64,000 nucleotides of DNA. Source: Eledone cirrhosa. Its lineage: Eukaryota. The notes below the pieces were generated by a model. That model made no database searches, was not told the origin of the DNA, and was given only the letters and a program-made list of their open reading frames with translations. The position numbers and the translations under genes were made by a program. Each line of letters opens with the position of its first letter. The stretch's first letter is position 1. This document shows, piece after piece, positions 1 through 12,756 of the stretch. The stretch covers positions 83,452,001 through 83,516,000 of the forward strand of contig OZ024740.1 of NCBI GenBank assembly GCA_964016885.1, in the 5' to 3' direction.

Positions 1-44
1 TCGTTATTTCATGGGCTGAAATTTGATTTTCGCTAATTTTTACT

Positions 45-68
<24 letters not shown>

Positions 69-76
<8 letters not shown>

Positions 77-128
77 TAACAGATTAAAATGTAAGCAAAG
101 AATCGCTGCGTTCATCCTTAATGGGATA
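69..128 (-). repeat. Short copy of the PLE pseudo-LTR-like repeat also at 51081-51145 and 51705-51772
   Basis: attaaaataacagattaaaatgtaagcaaagaatcgctgc...cttaatgggat matches 51086-51143; abuts (TA)n. Confidence 0.75.
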
Positions 129-503
129 TAGCAAGTGGGAGAGTAATACAGATATACAGCTAGATAGACAGTTTATGTATTAGCTAGTTATAGAGAACAC
201 AATAAAATCTGATTGAAAAAGTTTGTTTTCTTCTCAGATATTTAATATAAAGTTATTTTGTTGTAAATAGTTTACGAATCTCAAATATATTTTAACAATG
301 TTCGTAAATACTATAAAAACTATATTTTACTGAAAATACTGCTTTAAAATAATTCAATAAACATTTCAAACTCACGTTTCAATATTCTATTTCTTTTTTC
401 AGAGCTTACAGTGTGTAAACATTGTTTACTGTTCTAGAGATTTTAATGTGTTTAAACGTAATTCTTAGATTATATATTTCGGAATATGTAATAAAATAAA
501 TGT

Positions 504-625
<122 letters not shown>

Positions 626-2139
626 ACATATATATAGGAATGAGATATCCATTAATGAATGTTTTATATTTATTCTATAATACTTATTGCATTGTATTAT
701 TTTCTCATAAATAGCACATTTTAAAAATCAATTTTTATTGTAGGCGTATATTGTTTTAGCTTTCATGTGAAAACTTATGTTTATTTTTACATTTATGTTG
801 ATTTATGTGAGATTATTCAAATTTAATACGTATTGATTAATATGGTGAGATTTAGAGGTTCCATACAATTTATAAAATACATGCAATATGAAAATTAATT
901 ATTAACGATCAGCGAATAGGATATGTTCCAAATGTCGTGCTATCTCGCAAAACTCGGAGCGGATCACACTTGCGATCACTTTCAATTCCACATCTCATAT
1001 GTCCAATCTAAATTGTCATCAATATTACATTTATGTAATTACATTTATGTATGGGTTTATTGACTTCCATACGGCTAATTCCAATGGAGTGTTCAGGTGT
1101 GGAATGGAAGAAATAATAAAGGACACAGATACGGATAGTTACGATAGAATATGGCTCTATCAATTAACTTAAATATATTGATGCGCACAGGCATAGTTAA
1201 TTTCGTTATATAGGGATTTAGCCTTTCTAAGTGGTGATGATTACTATTACATATGCTTGCATACACTTAGCAGAGAATGATTGTATGGCCCCATGTTATT
1301 TTAAGGGGGAATATTCATACTGCTTCGTACTAAGATAATATTACAAAGGTGAAGCGGTAGATAACCTAGTCATCTTTTTATCGATGTGCTAGGAAATAAT
1401 ATTTCGTAAATTTTGAGGTGTATCTGCTTAATACTGATTATATTTGACATCGCCCTGGCTTGCACTATAAATTATCTGAAAAACATGTAATAGATAGAAT
1501 ATGTTAGCTTATATATTCCATATTTAAATCTAAAGTGAGTTATACAAGTGCAATATCACCAAATGAATCTTAAGGCAATGTAATTCTAAAGAGATGCAAA
1601 TAAGACAGTCCGTTACTGTAAATGGAAATATATTATTCATAACTTTGTGTGCTCCCGATTCCCGTTAGGTTAACTGCAAGTTAATCAATTGAACTAAAGG
1701 TTACATCATTTAATATTAGAAAGGAAGGGAAACGCAATGTTAAACGTAACATTTTTACTGATCCTTTCGTTAGAAGGGACAAATGTTCTCTCAAACCAAT
1801 ATGTTTACATAAATGATCGCAGCAAAATTCACTTCATTACAATTAATTCATGACAAGTGATAGTTATAAATCAGTCGACGGATTCAATATAACACACAGG
1901 TGTATGGGGGAAAGATGTGAATACTGAAATAAAAACACATATCACAAAACAACTTACCCGACTCTACAAGTTTTTAATATGTTTTGTCGCCGCTGGATAG
2001 ATGAAAATACTCACAATGATCCGCGAAAAAATACCTTTTTCTACACGTTCTAACCATTCCCAATCCCATGTACGTCATATGATAAGCATTTTTAATTTAA
2101 GCCGAAGATTAGAAATTTATGTGTACGGGGAAAATTGAT

Positions 2140-2262
2140 TACATCGACCCATTATGCAACATCTACTTTATTTAATTGAGCCCAGAAAAATGAAAGGCAA
2201 AGTTGACCTCGCGGTGGGGGAGATATGAACTCAGAATGCCGAAAGTTACAACTAAATGATGC
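2140..2262 (-). mobile_element. Degenerate tRNA-derived SINE copy
   Basis: tgaaaggcaaagttgacctc...tgaactcaga matches the reverse complement of the SINE core at 18395-18577. Confidence 0.65.
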
Positions 2263-3975
2263 AAACAAATTATTATGGTGAAATAAACATAGTGATATAA
2301 AATGTATTTAAATATATCATTTAAAACTATATATCATATACTGCTAATTACAATGTAATTGATTTGATTAATTTAGTCCAATAAGAAATAACAGGTAATA
2401 TGTTTTAATTAGAGGAAGATATAAAAGTCATTTTAAAATGAAATACATAAACTTATTTAATTGCATTTGGCAACAATCATTTTTGGTCAAAATTTACATT
2501 GAAAAGTTATAGATCGGTGAGAAAGGTATAGAGTTGCAAATGTTAATGCTATGCATATTTGTGATATCTTGTTTTAAACCAAAGCTAATAGTGTGTTACT
2601 GAAAGAGAGAGAGAGAGAGAGAAGCGGAGAAAGATAATCTGTGTGTATAGAAGGAATAATCAACACACGTATTTATATATCATTGGAAAGGACTAATCCA
2701 TGTGATCACACATGCATGACGTCCATAAGATGACATTCCCATGCTATACATGGTCAAAACATTCTGCATGTAAAGGTAGCAACCTTGAATTTAACAGTTT
2801 CCTCTCCTTTTAGATGTTATCTCCATTTATTTTTTGTTATGAGAAGTGTGTGTATTAGGACGATTGGAAGAGGGATATCGTTTAAGTGTGATGAAAAAAC
2901 AAGTTTAGGGCTAGTTGATGTGCGCGTTTGTATCTCATGCTGTAAGTGTTTGTGTGTGTGTGTGTGAATACCTCCAAATTTTCCGAATGTTAGACAAATT
3001 TAAGTGTAAAGTGCATGCGTGTGTCTAGCTTCGCAAGTGATATAATTATTTTAAAATAATGTTTTCAGTGTTATATCTCCGAGTTTAAATCGATCCTACC
3101 CGCCTTCTTCGGGAAACGTAAAGGCTGCCTTTTGAAATTCAACCTATAGTGTTCTCTACTATACCCCATAGCAGCAGACCAGAGAAAAATCAAAAGGGTT
3201 TCTGAAAATGTGTATAACGATTCCGTAAACTGTGTTTTTTTTTCCGAAAATCTAATAAAATGTTTCATTTTTGTACGCGACAATTATCAATGTGTATGTA
3301 GTCTTATAAAACATGTCGGTATATTCCTGCATTCGGAATTTTTAGGTGAGAATTACGGCTTCAAAATCAGCTACAAGACGTAAATATTTGTTATTGTTTT
3401 ATTTCAAATATACAACAAAATAAACAAAACATTTCCTCGATAATTTCAGAGCGAATCAGGTTACACTATTTCCGAAATCCCGAAGTGCTTCTACGATAAA
3501 ACCGTTTGAACTGCGTCATCTCTTAAGCTTCACTGGTTCCTGAAACAATCTTTCACTCTATTTCGACATTTTCACATTTCCCTGGCACCTCTACCGAGAA
3601 AATTATCAGTTATCTAATTCTATTGCCATTATTGTGTTTGAATAAGAGTTCTAGATATAGCATTTTTACACAAAATTATTGATAGGGTGTATGTTGAAGT
3701 GAAATTGTGAATATGATATAATGCAGAGAGAAAGGTTTTAATCACTATGTTGTGAAAAAAAAATGTTACACCTCCTGCTGTGATTTGCATGTATGGAGAT
3801 CTATCTAGAGAGACACTGTGAGTATAATCTATCAGAACTGAGAAGTTGGCGTTACCTAACACACTGAAGAAATGTGCATATTCGAATTATGCAATAGAAA
3901 TAGTAATTTACTTTAATTGTACACACACCTACACACACGCGCACGTATAACCACTCTCACACACACACATATATG

Positions 3976-3983
<8 letters not shown>

Positions 3984-4016
<33 letters not shown>

Positions 4017-4038
4017 AGAGAGAGATGGCGTGGAGGGA

Positions 4039-4129
<91 letters not shown>
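3984..4129. repeat. (TA)n-(GA)n compound microsatellite
   Basis: direct reading; explains spurious YI/ER ORFs. Confidence 0.95.
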
Positions 4130-4132
<3 letters not shown>

Positions 4133-4139
4133 AGGAGAT

Positions 4140-4310
4140 GAAGATTCGCCGTTGTAAACTTTATTGCTTATGACAATTGTTTCAATATGAATGCAGATCT
4201 GATGAAATGTCGATTCAGAGTCGGGCCCGAAGATCATGATTGCATCCTGAGCTGATCAATATCAAAACAATCGTCATATGCAATAAAGTTCATTTGTGGT
4301 GCAACCTTCC
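4140..4310. mobile_element. MITE-like imperfect hairpin
   Basis: aactttattgcttatgacaattgtttcaatat (4157-4188) is the inverted copy of 4259-4290. Confidence 0.5.
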
Positions 4311-4370
4311 CTTCCTACCTGTCTATATATATATATATATATACACAAACATACTCAATAACACAGATCT

Positions 4371-4399
<29 letters not shown>

Positions 4400-4401
<2 letters not shown>

Positions 4402-4602
4402 CGTAGGTCCCGGGTTGAGTCGGGGATAACCCCAGTAAGTAAGGTACTCAATACATGGCAGAGTAAATTTTTTTTATTTTATAGAAGGAGCTTCTACAGG
4501 ACTAGTACTGTTTCATTCAGATGAAATCTTCAGGAAGCTCCTGAAGATTTCATCTGAATGAAACAGTACTAGTCCTGTAGAAGCTCCTTCTATAAAATAA
4601 AA
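4400..4602 (-). mobile_element. PLE pseudo-LTR fragment with perfect 64-bp-arm palindrome, inserted in (TA)n
   Basis: arms 4472-4535 and 4539-4602 with a 3-nt loop; unique tail 4400-4471; homologous to 7851-7910. Confidence 0.7.
4541..4574 (+). ncRNA. Minimal hammerhead-like motif (mirror copy on minus strand at 4499-4533)
   Basis: CTGAAGA - ttc atct gaa stem II - GAAAC agtact aGTC; stem I is unclear. Confidence 0.55.
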
Positions 4603-5152
4603 TATATATATATATATATATATATAAAGTTATGAAACGAAAGGAGCTGTGTGGTACACAAAAACAAGGTTTAGGATGGTGGTTAGGACGGAACCGGAGG
4701 AGAAAGGAAGAAATGAGTTTCCATCGTCAGCTGTAAATGTATCCCGAACCGATGTTTCGGCGCTGAATTACAGTACATCGGTGTAGTTCTTGTGCGCTCG
4801 AGGCCTTTTATTAATCAAAAGGCCAGATATATATATATATGCAAAATGTAAACAAGCATAACAAAGCAAACGACACAGTACAATGAAGAAACATGTTCGC
4901 CCAATTTTGGATTTAGTAGGAAAAGATTCCTAAAATTCCAGATACATGTCCTTGTCCAGATGACAGAATGCGAAATATGAGATGAAATAAAAAGATCAAG
5001 AATGAGAAAATGTTTTCGTGAAAAAACGCCTGTGTATTCAGTCACCCTTTCTGGAGAGAAACCTGCGTATCTATATGTTTACGTGTGTTTGTGTCAGTCT
5101 GTATGATTACCGTATATATATTTATACATATATACATATATATAAATATATA

Positions 5153-6003
5153 TAAATATAAGTATGTACACGTACATACATATATGTATACAGACGAACA
5201 GTAGTATGTAAATATATATACATACATGCACACATATATATATATGTGTACGTATGGATTCACCGAACATTTAGTATAATGCTCGGTGTGTTTGTAAACA
5301 AACATCCCGTATTAAGCCGTAGTATCCAGCAACCATCGTTGCTCATCCGTTCAACACTGACAAAGGAACGCTGCACCAGCTTCAAGCTCATCAGCTATCG
5401 CCAGCAAAGTATACACTCCCGCCAGATTGTTGAACGTATATACTTACCTTATGTATATTAACAGCTGAGAAGCCCAATTTGCATATCGAGTGGGTTAATC
5501 GGCCGGGTGGACCGAAAACAATAAACGGAAAAAATGAAACGAAATTTCATTTCCCACTGTTAGTACGGCTGTTACTTAAATATAAGTATGTACACGTACA
5601 TACATATATGTATACAGACGTACAGTAGTATGTATATATATATACATACATGCACACATATATATATGTACGTATGGATTCACCGAACATTTAGTATTTG
5701 CTGGCGATAGCTGATGAGCTTGAAGCTGGTGCAGCGTTCCTTTGTCAGTGTTGAACGGACGAGCAACGATGGTTGCTGGACACTACGGCTTAATACGGGA
5801 TGTTTGTTTTCAAACACACCGTGCATTATAGTAAATGTTCGGTGAATCCATACGTACATATATATATATGTGTGCATGTATGTATATATATATACATACT
5901 ACTGTACGTCTGTATACATATATGTATGTACGTGTACATACTTATATTTAAGTAACAGCCATACTAAGAGTGGGAACTGAAATTTCGTTTCATTTTTTCC
6001 GTT

Positions 6004-6004
<1 letters not shown>
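5153..6004. mobile_element. 424-bp structured monomer arranged full + partial direct + inverted (family U1, locus 1)
   Basis: 5153-5276 repeats at 5577-5696; 5697-6004 is an inverted copy; homologous to 44068-44872; flanked by (TA)n. Confidence 0.85.
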
Positions 6005-6045
<41 letters not shown>

Positions 6046-6048
<3 letters not shown>

Positions 6049-7220
6049 GATATTAACAAATGGAAACTATATTTATAAAACCATATTTATTTCATTATAC
6101 ATATTTCAAGGACACCAAGTTAAATTATGGTGTGCTTTCGTCAGATAAAATATAATATGGAGCAGTTTTATAAATAAATATTGACATACCCTTAAAGAAT
6201 GCAACCATTACTGTTGGAAGCTCCCGGATAGTGGAGTTATAACTTTAATTATATTATTAGGTAAGTGTAGTATTGGATATTTTTAAATAAGCCGTTGGGT
6301 TACGGAGAAAGAGAGAGAGAAAGAGCAGAACAACAGAGAGAAAAAGATAGAGAGAGAGGAGAAAGAGAAAGGAGAGAGAACAAAACTCTAAGTCATATCT
6401 TGTTGAGTTATCTTAACATTTGAGATGAAATGAATAAATAAAATTAGAAATGTTAATAATCGTGACTGGAATATACATATATAATATGATAAATTTAACC
6501 ATTGTTTATATGTATGTATTTTTGCGTGTGTATACGTGTTATATAATATATAGATCTTTAACAATATAGTCTTAATAATAATATATAGCTTTCTTAATAT
6601 ATAGATCCCAATTTTTAATGTACTGATCTCAATATTTAACTGATTAACTAAACATCTAATCATATTTAAACAATGGTTAAATTTATCATATTATATATGT
6701 ATATTCCATTCATGATTATGAACATTTCTAATTTTATTTATTCATTTCATCTCAAAAGTTAAGATAACTCAACAAGATATGACTTAGAGTTTTGTTCTCT
6801 CTCCTTTCTCTTTCTCCTCTCTCTCTATCTTTTTCTCTCTGTTGTTCTGCTCTTTCTCTCTCTCTCTTTCTCCGTAACCCAACGGCTTATTTAAAAATAT
6901 CCAATACTACACTTACCTAATAATATAATTAAAGTTATAACTCCACTATCCGGGAGATTCCAAAAGTAATGGTTACATTCTTTAAGGGTATGTAAATATT
7001 TATTAATAAAACTGCTCTATATTATATTTTATCTGACGAAAGCACACCATAATTTAACTTGGTGTCCTTGAAATATGTATAATGAAATAAATATGGTTTT
7101 ATAAATATAGTTTCCATTTGTTAATATCGTATTTTTACTCCTATTATTTGTTGAGTGATTTATATCAGATATAAAAATATTTGCTTGTTGTATCCCAACA
7201 ATTTAAATAGAACTTTTACA
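6046..7220 (+). mobile_element. PLE pseudo-LTR fragment with about 460-bp inverted arms and a 3' tail, in (TA)n
   Basis: 6046-6508 is the reverse complement of 6666-7131; unique tail 7132-7220; hammerhead in each arm. Confidence 0.8.
7029..7084 (+). ncRNA. Type I hammerhead ribozyme motif (mirror copy minus strand about 6093-6148)
   Basis: CTGACGA aag-c-acacca ... tggtgt-c-ctt GAAA tat GTA. Confidence 0.65.
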
Positions 7221-7234
7221 TATATATATACATA

Positions 7235-7342
<108 letters not shown>

Positions 7343-7402
7343 TACCGTCTATATAGATAGATACAGATATATATACTGTATATATGTATATATATATTTC
7401 TA

Positions 7403-7445
<43 letters not shown>

Positions 7446-7750
7446 GAAAAGTATAGAAATTATTGTAGCAAAAGCCAACAGTATGCCATAATATATAAGT
7501 GACTATAGCGTCAAAATGGAATAATAGTTCACGTAAGATGTGGGAAAATAATTAAAACTCAATTCAAAAAGAATCAGGATATAGATTCATCCACAGAATT
7601 TGGTGAAATCCAGTGAAAAATCAATAGAGCCTTAACACAGAATAAAATAAAGTTTAAAATACTCATCCTTCAATTTGGAAAAACTACAATGCTCTGTATA
7701 GTCTTAAAGAGTATTTCACGAAACTTTCAGTGGGGATGGTCATGGTTGGA

Positions 7751-7834
<84 letters not shown>

Positions 7835-7842
7835 ATATATAT

Positions 7843-8186
7843 AGTTTTAATATAGAAGAGCTTCTACAGGACTAGAACTGTTTTATTCGTGAGAAATCAT
7901 CAGAGAGCTCGCTGTCCACGTAAGTAGTGGTATTTATATCTTTTCTTTTCTGGTGGTAGAAGAGGGTGGGGATTGGAAATGGTGGAGGTCATTAGTTGAA
8001 GGATTTAAAGAAAAGGGAGGTCATTAAAAGCTAATGCTTTAAGTCTTAACAAAGGCAGAAAGAATACTGTAAACCAAATCATATTTCGAATACCAATCCT
8101 AGATTATCACTTGCCTGACTAACAATGCCTGTAAGAGAGGTGTCTACAAGATGGGTGGGGTACAATGGTTTAAAGAAAATGGAAAA
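7843..8186 (-). mobile_element. PLE pseudo-LTR fragment with mutated hammerhead, in (TA)n
   Basis: minus strand ctgatga tttc tcac gaat aaaac agttct agtc ctgtagaagctc, homologous to the 4472-4602 palindrome. Confidence 0.55.
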
Positions 8187-8641
8187 TATATATGTATATA
8201 TATATATATATATATGCTAATAGATGTATGCGTACATATATGAGTTTACACATATTGTTTGAGTCCTCGTAGTTCCACAGAAGCAGATCAGCTGTTTGAG
8301 AATCAGACTTGAAAGGATAAATACTGGCTTCAATATATTCCACTAAATCAAAGGAATGACATTCACCTAGGTCTGCACTCACCAATCTCTCTAGTTGTAA
8401 AGTAAACCCAACTGCATTTAAGACTTTTGAGAATGTATCTATTTCAGCATACAAATGCATTGGAGTAATCTACGTAGCACTATTATTTTAGAACCCTTTT
8501 AACTAGATAAACGCCACTCTATATTCTAACCACCAAAATGCCAATGAAATTCAAGACAGAATTAGTGAAAAGGTTTTCAATGGAACTATTTGAAATACGG
8601 ATTTCGTATACAAAAGATGTATAATTAATTACCATAATGAT

Positions 8642-8724
8642 ATACAGGGTGTCTCCCAAATATGTATACATACAATGATTAGAATGCTCTTCAAGTGTGT
8701 ATATATTTTGGGAGGCATCCTATA
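8642..8724. mobile_element. Tc1/mariner-type MITE, about 80 bp
   Basis: TA-cagggtgtctcccaaatatgtataca ... tgtatatattttgggaggcatcc-TATA imperfect TIRs. Confidence 0.6.
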
Positions 8725-9716
8725 TATGAAATCAGTGACATATTCAATATAATAGAAAAAATGCAACACGCTTTATCTTGGACAAATCTCTTACAAGCCT
8801 TTCCCCTGTAATCATGTAACAATGAGGTGGCGTTCAAATATATTTATCGTAGAACATACTGAACACGGGAATTAGAATATTTATAACTATTATTCAGTGT
8901 TATTCATTATATATTTAATGTGTACAAATTTTCGAATAAATTGAATTACCGATGGCAAAAAAGCGACAGATCTTCATTCATATATATGAACAATGTCATC
9001 GACTGCGACATCATATTTATGACTATCGGCTTGGAAGTTATTAGAGGAGCTAGTTGTAATAGGACTATTCATGATATTGCGAGGTATCTTCCAAAAGACG
9101 TCCTATCCAAGATTGATTCCAAAAGCAACATTTAATGAAATAATAAATAAGTTAATGGCGCAACATTCTGTGACACAACAATTAATGACAAGATAACTCT
9201 TGTAGTATTGAACATAGTACACATGATAGGAAATCTAAAAATAACTAAACCCGTTCGGCTTCCTAATCATCATTTACGTTTGCGATATCTTATTCACAAT
9301 CAAGTAAGAAGATCAGGAATTTCCGATATACGATATCTTCCTAAATATTATTTCCCTTTGTGCTACTAGAATGAAATAGTTATTTTCTTACCGAGCGCCA
9401 TTGATGTGTACGTATTGACTTCTATGTTAGTGATTTATACAACAGGCTATTTATAAGGATATTATTAACAAAATATGGGTAAGTATATATTCTTAGATGT
9501 TGAATGATGAAGATAGGAAGAAAGACAAATATTTTATGAAAATAGCAGACAAACATATACTTACCCGCATCACTTACATATATACATTCATCCATCCATA
9601 CATATGAATGTGTGTATGTGTGTGTAGAACTATATAAACTTCTCCTACATGAAAAGGGTAACTGACGATTAGTGAGAGATAACAGCGATATTATCAAATA
9701 CATACACACTCATATA

Positions 9717-9764
<48 letters not shown>

Positions 9765-9768
<4 letters not shown>

Positions 9769-9881
9769 AACGAGTAGGACCCCGACGGCTGAGCTCAGGC
9801 CGTTTCGACGGCTGATTCTGGACTAAATATTCAGCTATGTAGAAAAAGCTGACAGTGATCGATACAGCAATCAACCTATGA

Positions 9882-9918
<37 letters not shown>

Positions 9919-10015
9919 AATAAATATATATAGTCATAGGTTGATTGCTGTATCGATCACTGTCAGCTTTTTCTACATAGCTGAATATCAAACAGCTGCT
10001 ATATTTGTAATATCG
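9765..10015. mobile_element. (TA)n-embedded composite: family X fragment (9765-9824) plus about 62-bp inverted repeat
   Basis: cccgacggctgagctcaggccgtttcgacggc is shared with 11340 and 20697; arms 9827-9888 and 9927-9988. Confidence 0.65.
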
Positions 10016-10316
10016 ATATCTCTCTCTTTCGCTACATCTCTCTTTCTCTCTACATTTCTAAATTACTCGTACGCACGTACATCACGGTCTTTCGATCCAT
10101 ATGGTTTGGTGAGTGTGTGTGTGTGTGTTTGTATAATGAAGAGAGTAATATTGATAGAAAATAGGTAGGCGGACATATTGATATATATATATATAGGGAT
10201 ATATATATATATATAGTTATATTGATATAGAGAATGTGATAAATCCATAGTTTAATAGTCACGCAAACAGGCAGACCGGTAGACAAATATATAGATACAT
10301 ATTCGGAATTTTAACT

Positions 10317-10350
<34 letters not shown>

Positions 10351-10352
<2 letters not shown>

Positions 10353-11248
10353 GAGGGGGATCAGAAACGTTCCAGAACTGATGTCAACAGATTTATTTCA
10401 AACCCAAATTTCACACTAAGAGTTTTCTCCTTCAAAGTAATCCCCCTGGAGTATGTAACTGTAATCTTAGCTCTCTGCAGCGATAACACTTTTTTCTTCA
10501 TAATGTTATATATACATGTCATCTGTTTTAGGTCGTCAAGCAATGAGCACAGAGCAACGAACAAACTTGAAAACTCCGTCAGAAGCACTGGAATTGCTGC
10601 AGCTAGTGTATGGAGATGAGACGATGTCACACTCACGTGTTTTTTTAGTAGTGCAGGAGGTTTAAAGAAGGACGCGAGGACGTGGAAGTTGACCCCAGGA
10701 ACGAAAGGCCCAAAACAACCAGGACTGAGGTCAACGTTAAGCGCGTCAGGCAGATGGTGCGTAGCGATCGTCGGCTGAATGTTCAACTGATGGCAAATAA
10801 GCTGGGCATGAATCGGGACAGCGTCTGGAAGATTCTCACTGAAGATTTAGACATGCAGAAAGTCTGCGCGAAGATGGTCCCAAAACTGCTGAACGATAAC
10901 CAGAAGGGTCTACGCTTGCAAGTGTGCAAGGTCATCCTCGATCGTTTTGAAACCGAACCAGACTTGCTAGGGACAGTCATCACCGGTGATGTCTCATGGA
11001 TCTTCGAGTACGAACCGGAGGGCACAAGTTTTGAAGACGTGGACGACATCAAAAAGGCCGTGACTAGGGAACAGCGGAGGATCCCGGAAGGATCCTTCCA
11101 GGAGTGCATGCAAGCTTGGCAGAAAAGAATGGAAAAGTGCATTAGACTCCAGGAGGATTACCTTGAAGGAGAAAACCCTTAGTGTGAAATTTGGGTTAGA
11201 AATAAAACTTTTGTGACATCAGTACTGGAACTTTTCTGACCCACCTCG

Positions 11249-11250
<2 letters not shown>
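10351..11250 (+). mobile_element. Internally deleted mariner (Tc1/mariner) DNA transposon
   Basis: about 35-bp TIRs (acgagggggatcagaaacgttccagaactgatgtca / tgacatcagtactggaacttttctgacccacctcgta) in TA context; transposase remnant inside. Confidence 0.92.
10545..11182 (+). pseudogene. Mariner transposase pseudogene lacking most of the DDD domain
   Basis: HTH region, KVCAKMVPKLL (WVPHEL-like), VITGDVSWIFEYEPE, then a direct jump to C-terminal GTSFEDVDDIKKAV...WQKRMEKCI. Confidence 0.85.
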
Positions 11251-11322
<72 letters not shown>

Positions 11323-11326
<4 letters not shown>

Positions 11327-11479
11327 AAAAGACTCAGGGCCCCGACGGCAGAGCTGTTTCTGAAATATCAGTCGAAACGGGATCCTGACTCTTTTCCTAT
11401 TACCCACTCTACTACCCAAAGTATCGAGTACTCTGGTGCGTTATGGTCTACCTGGTTCCTTACCACACTTCCTTCGTTA
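11323..11479. mobile_element. Family X PLE-related fragment with short inverted ends and tail, in (TA)n
   Basis: taggaaaagactcagggcccc is inverted to gggatcctgactcttttccta; tail 11392-11479 nearly matches 20934-21020. Confidence 0.7.
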
Positions 11480-11507
11480 TATATATATATATATAGATAT
11501 AGATATA

Positions 11508-11550
<43 letters not shown>

Positions 11551-11636
11551 GGGGGGAATAAATAAATTGATACATTGAGACATACAAGAACAGTCAAACA
11601 AGCAGGGAGATCGAGAGCTATATGGAACAACATTTT

Positions 11637-11668
<32 letters not shown>

Positions 11669-11673
11669 CTCTA

Positions 11674-11707
<34 letters not shown>

Positions 11708-11987
11708 ACTCTCTCCATCTTCACTCTCTGACAGCATCATGACACCAACACAGCTATTAGATGTGCATGTAACACGATTCTTTTCACATTAAATATCTTC
11801 TAAACATTCCAATGTATGTCATTCGATGATTATTATATTAGGCTTGTTCATGTGCATACATCTTACATACAATATGGGTGTCCAGTCATAATGTCACCTC
11901 AACATAATTATAGTGTAATATGTACGTTACTTACTAAAAGGAAATGCATCATAATGAATGGTTGATTTGAAGAATTTCAACATCCTT

Positions 11988-12310
11988 TCCAGGCCTCGCT
12001 GCCCGCAAGGCCGAGGTGGGTATAGTGTCTAACGATCGGCCACTCTCTGATAAATTTGTGGAAGAGTCTGTAGCAGTAAAGACTTCCGGCGTTCTTGGTC
12101 CACGGACCACAATCCTACTCACTGTTATCGGAATGGAGTTGACTGCCCTTAGGCGCGAGCTCTATGTCTTGGAGTGGCTGTTCCACCGTGTCTCATTCGT
12201 CATCCTCCGGGGCAATATTTTCTACATCCTATCGCCCGATACCAGAGCTGGAGAGTACGATAGGTTTCCCTGGGGGGATACTCGTACGGAGGTCACACAT
12301 ACATAAATTG
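11988..12310 (+). pseudogene. 3' fragment of a CRE-like RLE non-LTR retrotransposon
   Basis: GLAARKAE...VAVKTSGVLGP...EWLFHRVSFVILRGNIFYIL resembles the C-terminal RLE motif (PVAxETxGxxGP...QRLSxAIxRGN) of CRE-clade elements. Confidence 0.6.
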
Positions 12311-12511
12311 AACAACGGTCTATGTCAACAAGAAGTGTTTATTAATAAACGAAGAGTTATAAACCTCCTTATGGTCGGTGTCCGTGTTAAAAATACACAA
12401 TGCAAATTTCAATTTAATAATCAAGCAGACACATCTTTTTCTGTTTTGGGTCTTCAATAAGGTGGATTGTAAAGAAGAATTATCATTGATGACTGATAGT
12501 AAATAATTTAC

Positions 12512-12756
12512 CTGTGCTCTAGAAGTTAATTCATTCTACGTTACTCCAGTATACACAGCTGAAAATGAGTACCAGCAGTTTGAAAATAAGTACTAGCAGC
12601 ATGAACATGAGTACCAGAAGCAGATGGGGGTTTAACCCTGCATGGACTGGTGTCCTGTCCATGGGAAAGTATTTTACTCTCACTAGCTCCATGCCACGGA
12701 GACAGGGATAAGCACCGGCCTAATGAGCTTCCGGTCTCGAGACAGACTTTAGACCT
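12512..12756 (+). mobile_element. Ancient SINE relic with V-domain-like core
   Basis: aaccctgcatggactggtgtcctgtcca...ccatgccacggagacagggataagcaccggcctaatgag resembles, from memory, the conserved domain of widespread metazoan tRNA SINEs. Confidence 0.5.

Noticed and set aside
3772-3863. Possible minus-strand exon after ttcttcag (VLGNANFSVLIDY...)
   Set aside because: Weak donor, no recognised homology, no partner exons.
5458-5520. Twister-like look of ttaacagc...aagccc...gagtgg and an octamer ATTTGCAT in U1
   Set aside because: The twister P4/pseudoknot elements are missing, and neither motif is retained in locus 2.
5710-5730. ctgatgag in U1 as a hammerhead core
   Set aside because: No properly placed stem II/GAAA, and the second locus reads ctaataag.
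8170-8460. Protein-like minus-strand ORF (LYAEIDTFSKVLNAVGF...) as a host exon
   Set aside because: No recognisable domain, weak splice sites and an in-frame stop just upstream; cannot be supported without RNA data.
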